The notes under the pieces: generated by a model
The model's input: only the letters and a program-made list of their open reading frames with translations
What the model was told of the DNA's origin: nothing
Databases searched by the model: none
In this document: positions 40,956-50,899 of the stretch, piece by piece
Numbering within the stretch: position 1 is the first letter of the stretch
Layout: the number at the start of each line of letters is the position of its first letter
Position numbers and translations under genes: made by a program
NCBI GenBank assembly: GCA_965601925.1
Contig: OZ271854.1
Coordinates: 3,936,001 to 4,000,000, forward strand
DNA: 64,000 nucleotides
Direction: 5' to 3'
Source: Alkalispirochaeta sp.
Lineage (GTDB): Bacteria > Spirochaetota > Spirochaetia > DSM-27196 > Alkalispirochaetaceae

Positions 40956-42002
40956 CTATGCTTTGCCGCGAAATTCCGGGACGCGGGCCGCCACACCGAC
41001 ATCCCAAGTCGTCCGTGCTCCTCGTCGCAGCAAATGGTATCCGAGACCCGCGACCATCGCACCGTTGTCGATGCACAGTTCCATGGGCGGCACGACCACC
41101 TCAACGGGCTCGGGCAGCTCGGTTAAGGCCCGAAGGCGGCGTCTGAGCTCGCTATTCGCCGCAACACCGCCGCCGGCAACGACGCGCCGTATGCCGGTAT
41201 CTTCGACGGCGTTGCATAGTCTGTCGACGAGCATCTCTATCGCCGCATCTTGAAATGCCGCCGCGAGATTCTCCTTGGTCCGCGGATACGCATCGTTCCA
41301 AAAGCGGTCGAGTTGATGGACGACCGCAGTCTTCAGTCCCGAGAAGGAGACGTCGTACCGTTCTCGTGCGTGGTTTAGCCGCGGCCTGGGAAGGCGGCAG
41401 GAGCGCGGGTCGCCGGCTTGCGCGAGGCGATCGATTGCGGGGCCTCCCGGGTATCCGGTGCCGATAAACGCGCTCACTTTGTCGTATGCCTCGCCGCACG
41501 CATCGTCAATCGTGGTGCCGAGGACCTCAAGCACATCCTCCGAGCGACTAATCGCTACCATGCTATGGCCGCCGGAGACGAGCAGCACGAGGTAGGGATA
41601 CTCGATTGCGGCCTCCGGCACCAGCCGTGCGGCGTAGGCGTGGGCGTGCATGTGATTGACGGCTGCAAAGGGTACGTCGGCGGCGTACGCGTAACTCTTG
41701 GCGAAGGTAAGGCCCACCGCCAAGGAACCGGAGAGTCCCGGCCGATTGGTCGCCGCAACGCCGTCGATACGCAGGCTCGAAGGAACGACGCGCAACGATT
41801 GCGCCGCGTCGGTGAGGGCTCGTTCGGCTACAGGTAAGATTTGCTCGACGTGGGCCCGCGAAGCGACCTCGGGTATCACCCCGTGATATCTCGCGTGGAT
41901 TTCGGTCTGCGAGGCGGTCACGAGGGAATGAATGCGACGCCCGTCCTCGACAACGCTCGCCGAGGTCTCGTCGCACGAGCTTTCAATCCCCAGTATCAGC
42001 AT
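40956..42002 (-). CDS. tsaD: tRNA N6-adenosine threonylcarbamoyltransferase
   Basis: GIESSCDET, HMHAH, VSGGHS, DDACGEAYDK, SFSGLKT, DNGAM. Confidence 0.96.
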   Translation of the reverse strand: MLILGIESSCDETSASVVEDGRRIHSLVTASQTEIHARYHGVIPEVASRAHVEQILPVAERALTDAAQSLRVVPSSLRIDGVAATNRPGLSGSLAVGLTFAKSYAYAADVPFAAVNHMHAHAYAARLVPEAAIEYPYLVLLVSGGHSMVAISRSEDVLEVLGTTIDDACGEAYDKVSAFIGTGYPGGPAIDRLAQAGDPRSCRLPRPRLNHARERYDVSFSGLKTAVVHQLDRFWNDAYPRTKENLAAAFQDAAIEMLVDRLCNAVEDTGIRRVVAGGGVAANSELRRRLRALTELPEPVEVVVPPMELCIDNGAMVAGLGYHLLRRGARTTWDVGVAARVPEFRGKA

Positions 42003-42873
42003 GCGCGTTCTCTCTCCTCTTCATCAGATCGCTCAACGGGAAGAAACGGAATCCGGCGTCCACGATCTCTCCGTAACGACTCAGTAGGACGCGGGCGAGC
42101 TCCGGTGAGGTTAGATGGCCTATCATGACCGCGTATCCGCGTTCGGCGGCAATGGCGAGCGCCTTGTCGAGTTGGTCGGAGATTGCCGCGTCGTCGCGCT
42201 CATTATCGAGAAACACGTCGCGCACGGCCGTCTCCAACCCGGCCTGCGCCGCGATATCAAAGGCGACGCTTTCGTGGGTCGTGCGACTGTCGAGAAAGAA
42301 GAGCTCATGGTCTCGCAAGGTCTCGGCGACGGCGAGCATAACGCGCGTATCGGTCGTTGCTTTGCTCCCCATGTGGTTGTTGACGCCGGTGATTCCGGGG
42401 AGCGAATCGATGTTATCCGCCAATATGCGGCCGATTTTATCCTCGGAATCGTCGACATAGATTGCACCGGGGCCGAGGGCGTTCCCGCCCAGCGCCTCCA
42501 TGGGTTGATGAAGAATGACCTCGTGGCCCGCCGCCAGCGAACGCCGCGCTACCTCTCGGCTGTATTCGAGTCCGGGAAGAACGGCGACCGTGTATACCCC
42601 TCGAAAGGGTTCAAAGTCGCGCATCTGCTCGACAGTGTGGCCGGCGTCGTCCAAAACGAGATAGAGCCGGGGGCCGGAAAACGGCTCGACGGTACCGGTC
42701 GTATCGGGTATGCCGGTTCCACCGGGGGGCTCGATACGACCCGGCCCGACATGCGCGGCGGGCTCTCCTTCTCCGGGGCCGCCGAACACGTCGGGCCGTA
42801 CAATCCATATAATCGCACCTACCGTGATGACCAACAGACAGACGAGGACGACTATCGTAGTTGTGCGCTGCAT
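41983..42873 (-). CDS. divergent polysaccharide deacetylase family protein
   Basis: LDDAG, LHQPME, NNHMGS, FLDSRT, RDVFLDN, IGH; N-terminal TM. Confidence 0.9.
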   Translation of the reverse strand: MQRTTTIVVLVCLLVITVGAIIWIVRPDVFGGPGEGEPAAHVGPGRIEPPGGTGIPDTTGTVEPFSGPRLYLVLDDAGHTVEQMRDFEPFRGVYTVAVLPGLEYSREVARRSLAAGHEVILHQPMEALGGNALGPGAIYVDDSEDKIGRILADNIDSLPGITGVNNHMGSKATTDTRVMLAVAETLRDHELFFLDSRTTHESVAFDIAAQAGLETAVRDVFLDNERDDAAISDQLDKALAIAAERGYAVMIGHLTSPELARVLLSRYGEIVDAGFRFFPLSDLMKRRENAHADTGD

Positions 42874-42889
42874 GTTCCTCCGCCGACGA

Positions 42890-43735
42890 TCAGTTTACCA
42901 TCATCTCCTTAAGATAGTCGGCGTTGAGTCGTAGCTTCTTGATCGCGCGCATCTCGATTTGGCGAACCGTCTCCGGCGAGATACCCATCTCATCGGATAT
43001 CTTTTTGAGCGTGTAGCGCTCTCCACCGTCCAGGGCGTAGCGGAAACGCAACACTTGCTGCTCACGAGTCTTGAGTTGCTCCAGACTCTTCAGGGCGGCG
43101 TCGCGAAGGGCCTGCTCCATCACCATTCCGTCAGGTGTGTACGAGTAGTCTTCGAAGATATCCAAAATTGTGCCGTTGTCTTCGTTTATCGTGCTATCGA
43201 GGGACACCGGCGAAACGGCCGCATTCATGATCTCAACGATATCGTCACGATCCAACTGCACCTCCTCCGCAATCTCGTCGACGGTAGGAGTTCGCATCAG
43301 TCGCTGGCTGAGAAAGTTGTAGGCACGCTGGATTCGCTTGAGCGCATCCTCCTTGCGATGGGGAAGACGTATCGGACGACGCCGATTGGCGAGGGAACGC
43401 GTAATCGCCTGTTTGATCCACCACGCGGCGTACGTACTGAAACGGACACCCTTTTTGTGATCGAAGCGACCGGCGGCCTTCAATAATCCCAAGTTCCCAT
43501 CTTGAATGAGATCAAGCAGCGAGACATCGGGACTCATGTACACTTTTGCTATTTTTACGACTAAACGTAGGTTGCTTTCTATCAACTTTTTCCGTGCGTC
43601 GTTGTCTCCCCGCTGAATACAACGGGAGAGCTCCTGCTCTTCTTCCGCAGACAGAAGCGCCGTCTGCCGAATTTGCGCGTAGTACGCTTGAAGAGCATCA
43701 GACTGGGCTGGGCCGGCAATTCGTTTCTTGGCCAT
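42890..43735 (-). CDS. rpoS: group 2 sigma70 factor, RpoS-like
   Basis: NLRLVVKIAK, DLIQDGNLGL, RFSTYAAWWIKQ, ISPETVRQIE; no region 1.1; downstream of flgJ. Confidence 0.8.
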   Translation of the reverse strand: MAKKRIAGPAQSDALQAYYAQIRQTALLSAEEEQELSRCIQRGDNDARKKLIESNLRLVVKIAKVYMSPDVSLLDLIQDGNLGLLKAAGRFDHKKGVRFSTYAAWWIKQAITRSLANRRRPIRLPHRKEDALKRIQRAYNFLSQRLMRTPTVDEIAEEVQLDRDDIVEIMNAAVSPVSLDSTINEDNGTILDIFEDYSYTPDGMVMEQALRDAALKSLEQLKTREQQVLRFRYALDGGERYTLKKISDEMGISPETVRQIEMRAIKKLRLNADYLKEMMVN

Positions 43736-43757
43736 ACCTTCCTCCTGCCCATTATGA

Positions 43758-43773
43758 AGCAAGGAGCGTGCCA
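43758..43773 (-). promoter_or_regulatory. sigma54 (-24/-12) promoter of rpoS
   Basis: TGGCACGCTCCTTGCT, exact GG-N10-GC, 22 nt upstream of ATG. Confidence 0.85.
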
Positions 43774-43931
43774 ACATGACATTTTTTCTCGTGATAAAGG
43801 CTATATCATTGACAGACAAAGAAATACCATAAAGTCGCCCCAAAGGGCAGCTTTATGGTTGTATTATTTTTTGTACAATTGCCGGTGCGGCGATTACGTT
43901 TTTTAATACACGTTGCGGTGGCTATAATCTA

Positions 43932-44252
43932 TCACGACCGATACTGGTTCACAATAATTTCGGCCAAACCGAGTCCGCCGGTACGCGACATGATCTGCGC
44001 ATACTCGTCGTATAACATGTCCTCGTAGATATCTCCGGCTAAGCCGGTATCGACGAGGCGATTCTCCGGGTTAAGGGTGCTTCGCATGCTTTCCAACATC
44101 TGTTTAATGAAAATCGCCTCGAAGTCCTCGGCGACCGCCTGGAGTTGCTCGTCGTGACTTCCCTCAGGCACCGTATAGCGCAACGTTTGCATCTGAAGTC
44201 GCGCTACGTCGGCCGATGAATTGCGTAGTGTTCCACCGCTGTTCTCAATCAT
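43932..44252 (-). CDS. flgJ: flagellar rod-binding protein, short FlgJ
   Basis: DFEAIFIKQMLESMR, YEDMLYDEYA, GLGLAEII; no muramidase domain. Confidence 0.88.
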   Translation of the reverse strand: MIENSGGTLRNSSADVARLQMQTLRYTVPEGSHDEQLQAVAEDFEAIFIKQMLESMRSTLNPENRLVDTGLAGDIYEDMLYDEYAQIMSRTGGLGLAEIIVNQYRS

Positions 44253-44260
44253 AGATCACC

Positions 44261-45055
44261 CTACCGTTTTAGCCCGTTGGCGATACCCAACATCGTGTCG
44301 CTGGTCTGAATGGCGCGACTGTTCATCTCATAGGCGCGCTGTGCCACGATCATGTTCACCATTTCGTTCACCACCGAGACGTTCGACATTTCCAAGAACT
44401 TGTGTAACGTCTGCCCCATCCCTTCGAGTCCGGGCGTGCCGCCGATCGCCTCACCGCTCGCGGCGGATACCTTAAAGAGATTTTGGCCCACCGCGTTGAG
44501 ACCACTCGGATTAACGAAGCGATAGAGTTGCATTTGACCCACATTGAGCGGATCGTCCTGTCCGGGAACCTGCACCAGTATTCGTCCGTCCTGCGTCACC
44601 GTAACGGTCTCGCGTATGAAATTGGGCGGCATGATGACTTCCGGGACGACGCGCAATCCGTTATTGGTAACGAGTTGACCGTTCGAGTCGATCTGGAACG
44701 CCCCGTCACGGGTATAGGAGAAGGTTCCGTCGAAGTCGAGGACGCGAAAGAATCCCTCGCCCTGGATCGCGATATCGCTGACGTTTCCCGTGTTCTGTAG
44801 ACTGCCCTGTTGAAACTGCTTCGACGATCCCGACACACGCACACCGTGGCCGACCTGGACCGGCGTAGGAACGAGCGTTTGTTCGGTCGCGGGGGTTCCG
44901 GCGGTTCGCGTCGTTTGATAGAGCAGGTCCTCAAAGTCGGCACGGTTTCGCTTGAAGCCCGTTGTGTTAACATTCGACAAGTTATTGGAAATCGTATCGA
45001 TGTTGAACTGCTGGCCGATCATGCCCGAGGCCGCAGTCCATAGGGATCTCATCAT
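44261..45055 (-). CDS. flgG: flagellar basal-body rod protein FlgG
   Basis: SLWTAASGM, NNLSNVNTTGFK, FEDLLYQ, LEMSNVSVVNEMVNMIVAQRAYE. Confidence 0.95.
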   Translation of the reverse strand: MMRSLWTAASGMIGQQFNIDTISNNLSNVNTTGFKRNRADFEDLLYQTTRTAGTPATEQTLVPTPVQVGHGVRVSGSSKQFQQGSLQNTGNVSDIAIQGEGFFRVLDFDGTFSYTRDGAFQIDSNGQLVTNNGLRVVPEVIMPPNFIRETVTVTQDGRILVQVPGQDDPLNVGQMQLYRFVNPSGLNAVGQNLFKVSAASGEAIGGTPGLEGMGQTLHKFLEMSNVSVVNEMVNMIVAQRAYEMNSRAIQTSDTMLGIANGLKR

Positions 45056-45102
45056 CGTGTGCTCCTCTCACCGGTTGCGCGTTTCATCACTCCGCCTCCG
45101 AG

Positions 45103-45972
45103 CTACTGTGCGCGCATAATCTCACTGATCAGGCGTGCGGTACTCTGGTCGTGGCTCTGAATGACGCGTTGATTGGCCTCGTACGCGCGATTGACCTCAA
45201 TCATCTGAGTCATCTCTACGACGGGATTGATATTCGCCTTCTCCAGGAATCCTTGAAGGACCACCGGCCTCTGATCTCCCACGATATCGATCGCGTCTCC
45301 GCTCTCTCGCGTCACGTTCCACAGGTTTGCGCCCTCCTTGCGGAGGTAGCGCGTCTCTTCCATACCGACGACCCGTAAGGTCGCGATCTGTACCGTCTGG
45401 TCCCACTCGTTTTCCCGCATCTGTACCAACCGATCCGGATCGTCGAGAAAGCGTTGGTTGGCAAAGACCCGTCCCGCCTCGTCGACGACGAAGTTATTGA
45501 GTTTGACTTCAATAGAGTTCCCGTCGTCACCGAGTACCGGATAGCCCTGCTGGGTCACCAGAAGACTTTCGGGGCCGATGGTGAAGCTACCGTTGCGCGT
45601 GTAACGCGCTCCGTACGGCGTGTCTACGACAAAAAAGCCTTCGCCTTCCAGTGCCAGATCGAAGGGACTCTCGGTCTGCTGGACCGCGCCCTGCTCAAAG
45701 ATCGTAAAGACCTCATTCTGCTCGACTCCGGTTCCGAGGCGTCCCACGACCGGAGCGCTATCGATGCTCCCCACCGGCTCGCGACGATACGGAAAGGGAA
45801 TAACACCCGCGTCGCCCGTTCGGCGAAGGAGGAGCTCGGGAAACGCCTTGTGGACCGACACGTCCCGTTTGTATCCCGTCGTGTCCGCATTGGCGAGGTT
45901 GTTCGTGATTGCGTTGAGTCGATGCTGCTGCGCGGCCATACCGCTCGCGGCGGTAAATATACCCCGTACCAT
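45103..45972 (-). CDS. flgF: flagellar rod protein FlgF/FlhO
   Basis: GIFTAASGM, NNLANADTTGYK, YTRNGSF, GFLEKANIN. Confidence 0.85.
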   Translation of the reverse strand: MVRGIFTAASGMAAQQHRLNAITNNLANADTTGYKRDVSVHKAFPELLLRRTGDAGVIPFPYRREPVGSIDSAPVVGRLGTGVEQNEVFTIFEQGAVQQTESPFDLALEGEGFFVVDTPYGARYTRNGSFTIGPESLLVTQQGYPVLGDDGNSIEVKLNNFVVDEAGRVFANQRFLDDPDRLVQMRENEWDQTVQIATLRVVGMEETRYLRKEGANLWNVTRESGDAIDIVGDQRPVVLQGFLEKANINPVVEMTQMIEVNRAYEANQRVIQSHDQSTARLISEIMRAQ

Positions 45973-45979
45973 ACCGTTA

Positions 45980-46007
45980 GTATCGGCACGGCAACCGTCC
46001 GGGTTGA
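45980..46007 (-). promoter_or_regulatory. sigma28-type promoter of the rod operon
   Basis: TCAA-16 nt-GCCGATAC, 7 nt before the flgF ATG. Confidence 0.65.
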
Positions 46008-46084
46008 ACGCATGACGCCGCAACACAACCGTGTCGGGGCTTCCCCTTCGTCTTCTTTTTATCTATAGTACTGCCCACAACAAC

Positions 46085-46156
46085 GCCAAGCTAGCTCAGT
46101 GGTAGAGCAGCTCACTCGTAATGAGCAGGTCGTCGGTTCGAGTCCGACGCTTGGCT
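46085..46156 (+). tRNA. tRNA-Thr (anticodon CGT)
   Basis: acceptor GCCAAGC/GCTTGGC, anticodon arm GCTCA-CTCGTAA-TGAGC, GGTTCGAGT. Confidence 0.95.
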
Positions 46157-46411
46157 GTTGTACTTCCTACCGAACGACTCGCTTCTTTTTTTTGTATCGG
46201 TTACCACCTTCACACCGTTGGCCCAGCGACTGAGGAATCGCTTTCACTGCAGAAACAAGATGCGTAAAGATGACAAAAACGTTTATAAATGTTTCTTTGG
46301 AAAAAATATTGATTGAATTGAGAAGAAAGTATATAAACTAGTCTCTGATACTAGTGTCATCCGTGCAAAAAAAAGTACTACCACACAATACGATCGCTGG
46401 AGGTTTGCCAG

Positions 46412-47059
46412 ATGAACAAGATGTTTCGCTTGTCGATGGTGATGTGCATCATCGCAGTGTTGGGCGCCGTTTTGGTCGGTTGCGACACCGGCGGTGGGAG
46501 CGACGGAACCGATATAACGACGGTTCTTTGGAGAGAAGACGGAAACGGATTCTATCAGTTCTCTACCAACGATCCCGCTGACTATGAGTTCTCTTTTTGG
46601 AACGCGCTGAATGTCGACCAAACGCTGGTGGACACGTTCGATTTGGTAGTAAAAAAAGAATCCGGTGCGAGCACTATGGGATACGGAGTTGTCTTCGACT
46701 ACGTGGATGGCGACAACTTCAGCCGGGTGCTGATAACGCTAAATGGAAGCTATAGTATTCGCCGCATAGAAAACGACGTTCAATCGGTGATCACTACAGA
46801 AAGTTTTCAGTCTTCGAATGGTGCCGTGAATGCAACCACGGGAGGTGAGAATCGTATTAGAATCGACCTCGACAGGACGAGCGACACACTCACGCTCACG
46901 ATAAACGGTACCGTGCTCGAAAACGGGTTGGCCTATGTAGACCTCGGTGGGAGCGGGCTCGGCGGCTACGCCGCAGTCGGCGACGCAACGCTCGAAAACT
47001 TTCCCGCCGTGCCGGTCGATGTTCGATATCGCACCGTCTCACCGATTGCTCAACCGTAG
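46412..47059 (+). CDS. hypothetical lipoprotein, beta-sandwich-like
   Basis: lipobox VLVG-C; RBS GGAGG; Thr/Asp/Gly-rich beta-type sequence. Confidence 0.75.
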   Translation: MNKMFRLSMVMCIIAVLGAVLVGCDTGGGSDGTDITTVLWREDGNGFYQFSTNDPADYEFSFWNALNVDQTLVDTFDLVVKKESGASTMGYGVVFDYVDGDNFSRVLITLNGSYSIRRIENDVQSVITTESFQSSNGAVNATTGGENRIRIDLDRTSDTLTLTINGTVLENGLAYVDLGGSGLGGYAAVGDATLENFPAVPVDVRYRTVSPIAQP

Positions 47060-47094
47060 TAGCGGCCGCCTTGTCACAAAAAGACACGCACACC

Positions 47095-47158
47095 GACAGT
47101 GAACTACCGGTGTTCCTCAAAGGACTCCGGTAGTTCACCGTCACGTCTCATAGAGACG
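47095..47158. repeat. long hairpin and a second small hairpin between convergent genes
   Basis: GTGAACTACCGG(47099-47110)/CCGGTAGTTCAC(47127-47138); CGTCTC-ata-GAGACG. Confidence 0.7.
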
Positions 47159-47221
47159 GATAGCGATATCAAATGCACCGCTTCCCGCAGTCTCGCAGTC
47201 TGCCGTCCTGCGGCACAGAGA

Positions 47222-47986
47222 TCACAACTCCGGCGCACTGTGATAGGCGTATAGGTCCGACCGAATCTTGCGACAGAGTTCTTGAAACTCGGTGTCGTCC
47301 GCATGGCGCGGTCGCGGTGCCGTGGGGCGATACTCTTCCACGGCGGTCGCCGGAGAACCGGCGAGGAGAATGATGCGGTCCGCGAGCAATACAGCCTCCT
47401 CCACGTCGTGGGTTACAAAAAGGATCGTGGTGCGCGTCTCCTCCCAGATACGGCGTATTTCATCTTGAAGGGACCGGCGGGTCATCGCATCCAACGCGCT
47501 GAAGGGTTCGTCCATAAGCAGGAGGTCCGGTTCCACCGCCAAAGCGCGCGCAATACCGACCCGTTGTTGTTGTCCACCCGACAGCTGTGAAGGCCGTTTG
47601 TGGGCGTGAGCGCCCAGGCCGACCAACCGCAACATTGCGTCGCCTCTCCTCCGCCGTTCCTCGCGCGTCAATGGAAGGCCCTCAAGGCCGAATATCACGT
47701 TGCGACGTACGCTTCGCCACGAGAACAGACGCGCATCCTGAAAGACCATTCCAACGGGGCGGCGGTCGCGCTCGGAGGTCGTACGGAACGTCACGATGCC
47801 GCGAGTCGGCTCCATAAGCCCGCCCACGACGCGCAGGATGGACGACTTTCCCACTCCCGAGATACCGAAAAACACGACAAACTCTCCGGGTGTGATCGAG
47901 ACGTCGATGTTGTCGAGAATCGTATGGCGGTCGGGACCTTCCCCGACGTCGATCGTGACGTTATTGAGGTGAACGATCGGGGTCAC
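47222..47986 (-). CDS. nitrate/sulfonate/taurine-type ABC ATP-binding protein
   Basis: [33 protein letters not shown] overlap. Confidence 0.92.
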   Translation of the reverse strand: MTPIVHLNNVTIDVGEGPDRHTILDNIDVSITPGEFVVFFGISGVGKSSILRVVGGLMEPTRGIVTFRTTSERDRRPVGMVFQDARLFSWRSVRRNVIFGLEGLPLTREERRRRGDAMLRLVGLGAHAHKRPSQLSGGQQQRVGIARALAVEPDLLLMDEPFSALDAMTRRSLQDEIRRIWEETRTTILFVTHDVEEAVLLADRIILLAGSPATAVEEYRPTAPRPRHADDTEFQELCRKIRSDLYAYHSAPEL

Positions 47987-48747
47987 ACGCGACTCCACGC
48001 CGTTACGGTCCGTTTCACAAGGAGAAACAACACTTCGGTCAGACCGTACAACAGCGCAATCGTGAACATGTAGATGGCGACGACATCGATGGCGAGTAGC
48101 CCCGATGCAACCATCATCCGTTGACCGATTCCTTCGATGCCGAAAAGTTCCGCCGCAACCACCGTCATCCACCCCTGCCCGAGGCCGGTTCGCACGCCGG
48201 TAACGATGCCCGGTGAGGCGGCGGGCAATACGACGCGAAACACACGCGAAAAGAAGCGCCCGTGCCCGAAGACGCGCGCGACGTCTACCAGGCCCTCGTC
48301 GACCGCTCCGATCGCTCCTACGGCGGCGAAGTAGTTGATCCAAAAGACGCCGATCGAGATGATGAACGCCGCACTGCGGCGATTGATGCCGAACCAGATA
48401 ATCGCAAAGGGGATCCACGCCAGTGGAGGAATGGGACGCAATACGCGTACGACAATCGACTGCCACTCCTGCACGCTGGGAACGAGAGCCACCGCCGTAC
48501 CTACGACAAGTCCAAGTCCGGTTCCCAACGCCCATCCCAGACCGTAGTGCGATAGGCTCGATGCGACCATGCGCAGCCAGATGCCGCTTTGGATCTCCTG
48601 TACGAATCGGAGCGGAAGGGCCGAGGGGCGGGGGATGATACGCGGCGAGAGGACGCCGGTGCGTACGCTGATCTCCCACGCGACAAGGAGCAAGATCAAA
48701 CCTCCCACCCCCCGTAGGATTCGTCGCACCCGTACGGCGTCGATCAC
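47983..48747 (-). CDS. nitrate/sulfonate/taurine-type ABC permease
   Basis: [28 protein letters not shown]. Confidence 0.92.
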   Translation of the reverse strand: MIDAVRVRRILRGVGGLILLLVAWEISVRTGVLSPRIIPRPSALPLRFVQEIQSGIWLRMVASSLSHYGLGWALGTGLGLVVGTAVALVPSVQEWQSIVVRVLRPIPPLAWIPFAIIWFGINRRSAAFIISIGVFWINYFAAVGAIGAVDEGLVDVARVFGHGRFFSRVFRVVLPAASPGIVTGVRTGLGQGWMTVVAAELFGIEGIGQRMMVASGLLAIDVVAIYMFTIALLYGLTEVLFLLVKRTVTAWSRV

Positions 48748-49826
48748 TCCGCTACCGCCTCGTAAAACCGAAGATCGAAGAGCGCCTGGAGGTCGACGGG
48801 GCGTGCAAGGGTACCTTGGGATAGTTGAAAGTCGTGCATGCGTCCGGTCGCCTCGATGATACGCGACGGATCCGCCACATAATTCGTCGACGGCGACGAC
48901 AGCGCCGCCTCCATCGTCTCCGACGACACCAGGCCGGTTCCGATGTACGCAAGCGCATGTCGGGCCGCGGTCGGGATATCGTTGATGAGAAACTCCGTCG
49001 CGCGGACGTGCATCGCGACTAAGCGCTCCACCGCCTCGGGCGTCTCGTCGATTAACGATTGTCGGACCGCCAATACCGCACCGGGTTGGTCGGGGAACAT
49101 CGTGCTCGCCCGTGCCAGCACGCGAAGGGTTGGGTCGCGTTCTTGTACGATGGTAAGCGTCGGCTCCAAGATCGAGGCGCCGTCGACGCTTCCGGTGAGC
49201 AGCGCCTGTTGAACTTGGTCGGCACCCATCGGAATGATCTCCAGTGCGTCGGCGGCGAGCCCCAGTTGCCGGCGCACCCAGTACTGCAGCACCGTATGAG
49301 GTACCGAGCCCTCCGGGAACGTCGCGATGCGCGCCCTTCGCCCGTTCGCCTCCTCAAACGCTGCAAAGAGAGTACCCGGGCGCGCGGAGTTATAGTGTGA
49401 CGCGAGTACGTCTCCTGCGACGAACGCAATCTGCTCCACGATACTCGATGCGACGACTCGAATATCCTGGCCTCTGCCGCGCGCGACCATGGCGGGGCCT
49501 ATTCCGACGAACATCACGTCGAGTTCACCGCTTGCGACGGCCTGTACCATCGCCGGTCCGTTCTGAAAGCGCACCAAGTTGAACTCGATACCGGCCTCCT
49601 CAGTCCACCCCTCCTCAACCATGATGAACACCTGCGCCACGGGAAGAATCGGCATATATCCGACATCGAGCACGACCGGACGCGTATCGGGCGCGTTATA
49701 CTCATTCGGCGGTTCCCCCTGCCCTCCGGCACTCACCGTGAAAGAAAGAGCCGTCGTAAGCGCGACGATAATCGTCGCACGGCGCCGGCGGCGTGCGATG
49801 GTCGATTGGTGAAAACATGTGCTCAT
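48744..49826 (-). CDS. SsuA/NMT1-like ABC substrate-binding protein
   Basis: signal ending [24 protein letters not shown]. Confidence 0.88.
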   Translation of the reverse strand: MSTCFHQSTIARRRRRATIIVALTTALSFTVSAGGQGEPPNEYNAPDTRPVVLDVGYMPILPVAQVFIMVEEGWTEEAGIEFNLVRFQNGPAMVQAVASGELDVMFVGIGPAMVARGRGQDIRVVASSIVEQIAFVAGDVLASHYNSARPGTLFAAFEEANGRRARIATFPEGSVPHTVLQYWVRRQLGLAADALEIIPMGADQVQQALLTGSVDGASILEPTLTIVQERDPTLRVLARASTMFPDQPGAVLAVRQSLIDETPEAVERLVAMHVRATEFLINDIPTAARHALAYIGTGLVSSETMEAALSSPSTNYVADPSRIIEATGRMHDFQLSQGTLARPVDLQALFDLRFYEAVAE

Positions 49827-49917
49827 CGGTGCACCTCCGGCGCTAAACTAAGTTTCTAACGTTATTTAGTCAAGATAGCGACTGAGAATACGACCCCCTT
49901 AGGCACATCCTTCGGTA

Positions 49918-50820
49918 TTAGGCGGGAAACACACCGGTTGAGACGTAACGGTCGCCCCGGTCGCAAATGACTACCACAATGATTGCGTCCGTCTTTCCGC
50001 GGGCCTCGACTTCGCGCGCTACATCAAGGGCGACGGAGACGTTTCCGCCCGAAGAAACCCCGGCAAAGATACCCTCCTGCGCGGCGAGCGAGCGCATCGT
50101 ATCGAGTGCCGTATCGCGAGATACGATGCGACGGTCATCTATGCGGCTTTCCTCGTAGATTGCGGGCATATACTCCGGCGGCCACGCCCGAATGCCGGGG
50201 ATGCCGCCGTGTTCATCGGGACGTGCGGCTACGATTGTTACCGCCGAATTCTGCTCCTTGAGATAGCGAGAGGTTCCCATCAACGTACCGGTCGTCCCGG
50301 TAGACGCCACGAAATGTGTGATTTTTCCGTCGGTGTCGCGCCATATCTCGGGACCCGTCGTACGGTAATGAGAGTCCGGATTGTCGGGATTACCGAATTG
50401 ATCCAGTACGATACCCTCGCCGGCCGCCTCCATTTCGCGAGCCAAGTCGATCGCACCCTCCATGCTGCGCTCCTTGGGGGTCAAGACGACCTCGGCGCCG
50501 TAGGCGCGCATCAACGATCGCCGCTCGGAACTCATATGCTCGGGCATTATCAGAATCATACGGTACCCTTTGACCGCTGCTGCCATGGCGAGGGCGATAC
50601 CGGTGTTGCCGCTGGTGGCCTCAATAAGGGTGTCGCCGGGCTTGATCCGTCCGCGCTCCTCGGCGGCACTTATCATGCGGAATGCGGGGCGGTCCTTCAC
50701 CGATCCTGCGGGGTTGTCGCCTTCGAGTTTGCACAGGATGAGACTTGGGCCGCGGTGAAGACGGCGTAGTTTCACCAGCGGCGTATTACCGATGCACTCT
50801 TCGATTGAAAAAAATCTCAT
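49918..50820 (-). CDS. cysM: cysteine synthase B
   Basis: KLEGDNPAGSVKDRPA, EATSGNTG, GTTGT, IPGIRAWP, CDRGDRY. Confidence 0.9.
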   Translation of the reverse strand: MRFFSIEECIGNTPLVKLRRLHRGPSLILCKLEGDNPAGSVKDRPAFRMISAAEERGRIKPGDTLIEATSGNTGIALAMAAAVKGYRMILIMPEHMSSERRSLMRAYGAEVVLTPKERSMEGAIDLAREMEAAGEGIVLDQFGNPDNPDSHYRTTGPEIWRDTDGKITHFVASTGTTGTLMGTSRYLKEQNSAVTIVAARPDEHGGIPGIRAWPPEYMPAIYEESRIDDRRIVSRDTALDTMRSLAAQEGIFAGVSSGGNVSVALDVAREVEARGKTDAIIVVVICDRGDRYVSTGVFPA

Positions 50821-50899
50821 GGGCCAAATATAAGTTGATTATCTTGATTGGTGAACTATGTATTGACGTTGCCGTCCATCCATGGGGATACTCACATCC

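Noticed and set aside
39041..46156. tRNAs lacking encoded CCA
   Set aside because: Common in many bacteria; CCA is added post-transcriptionally
46085..47220. Intact integrative element at tRNA-Thr
   Set aside because: No integrase and no direct repeat of the tRNA 3' end found
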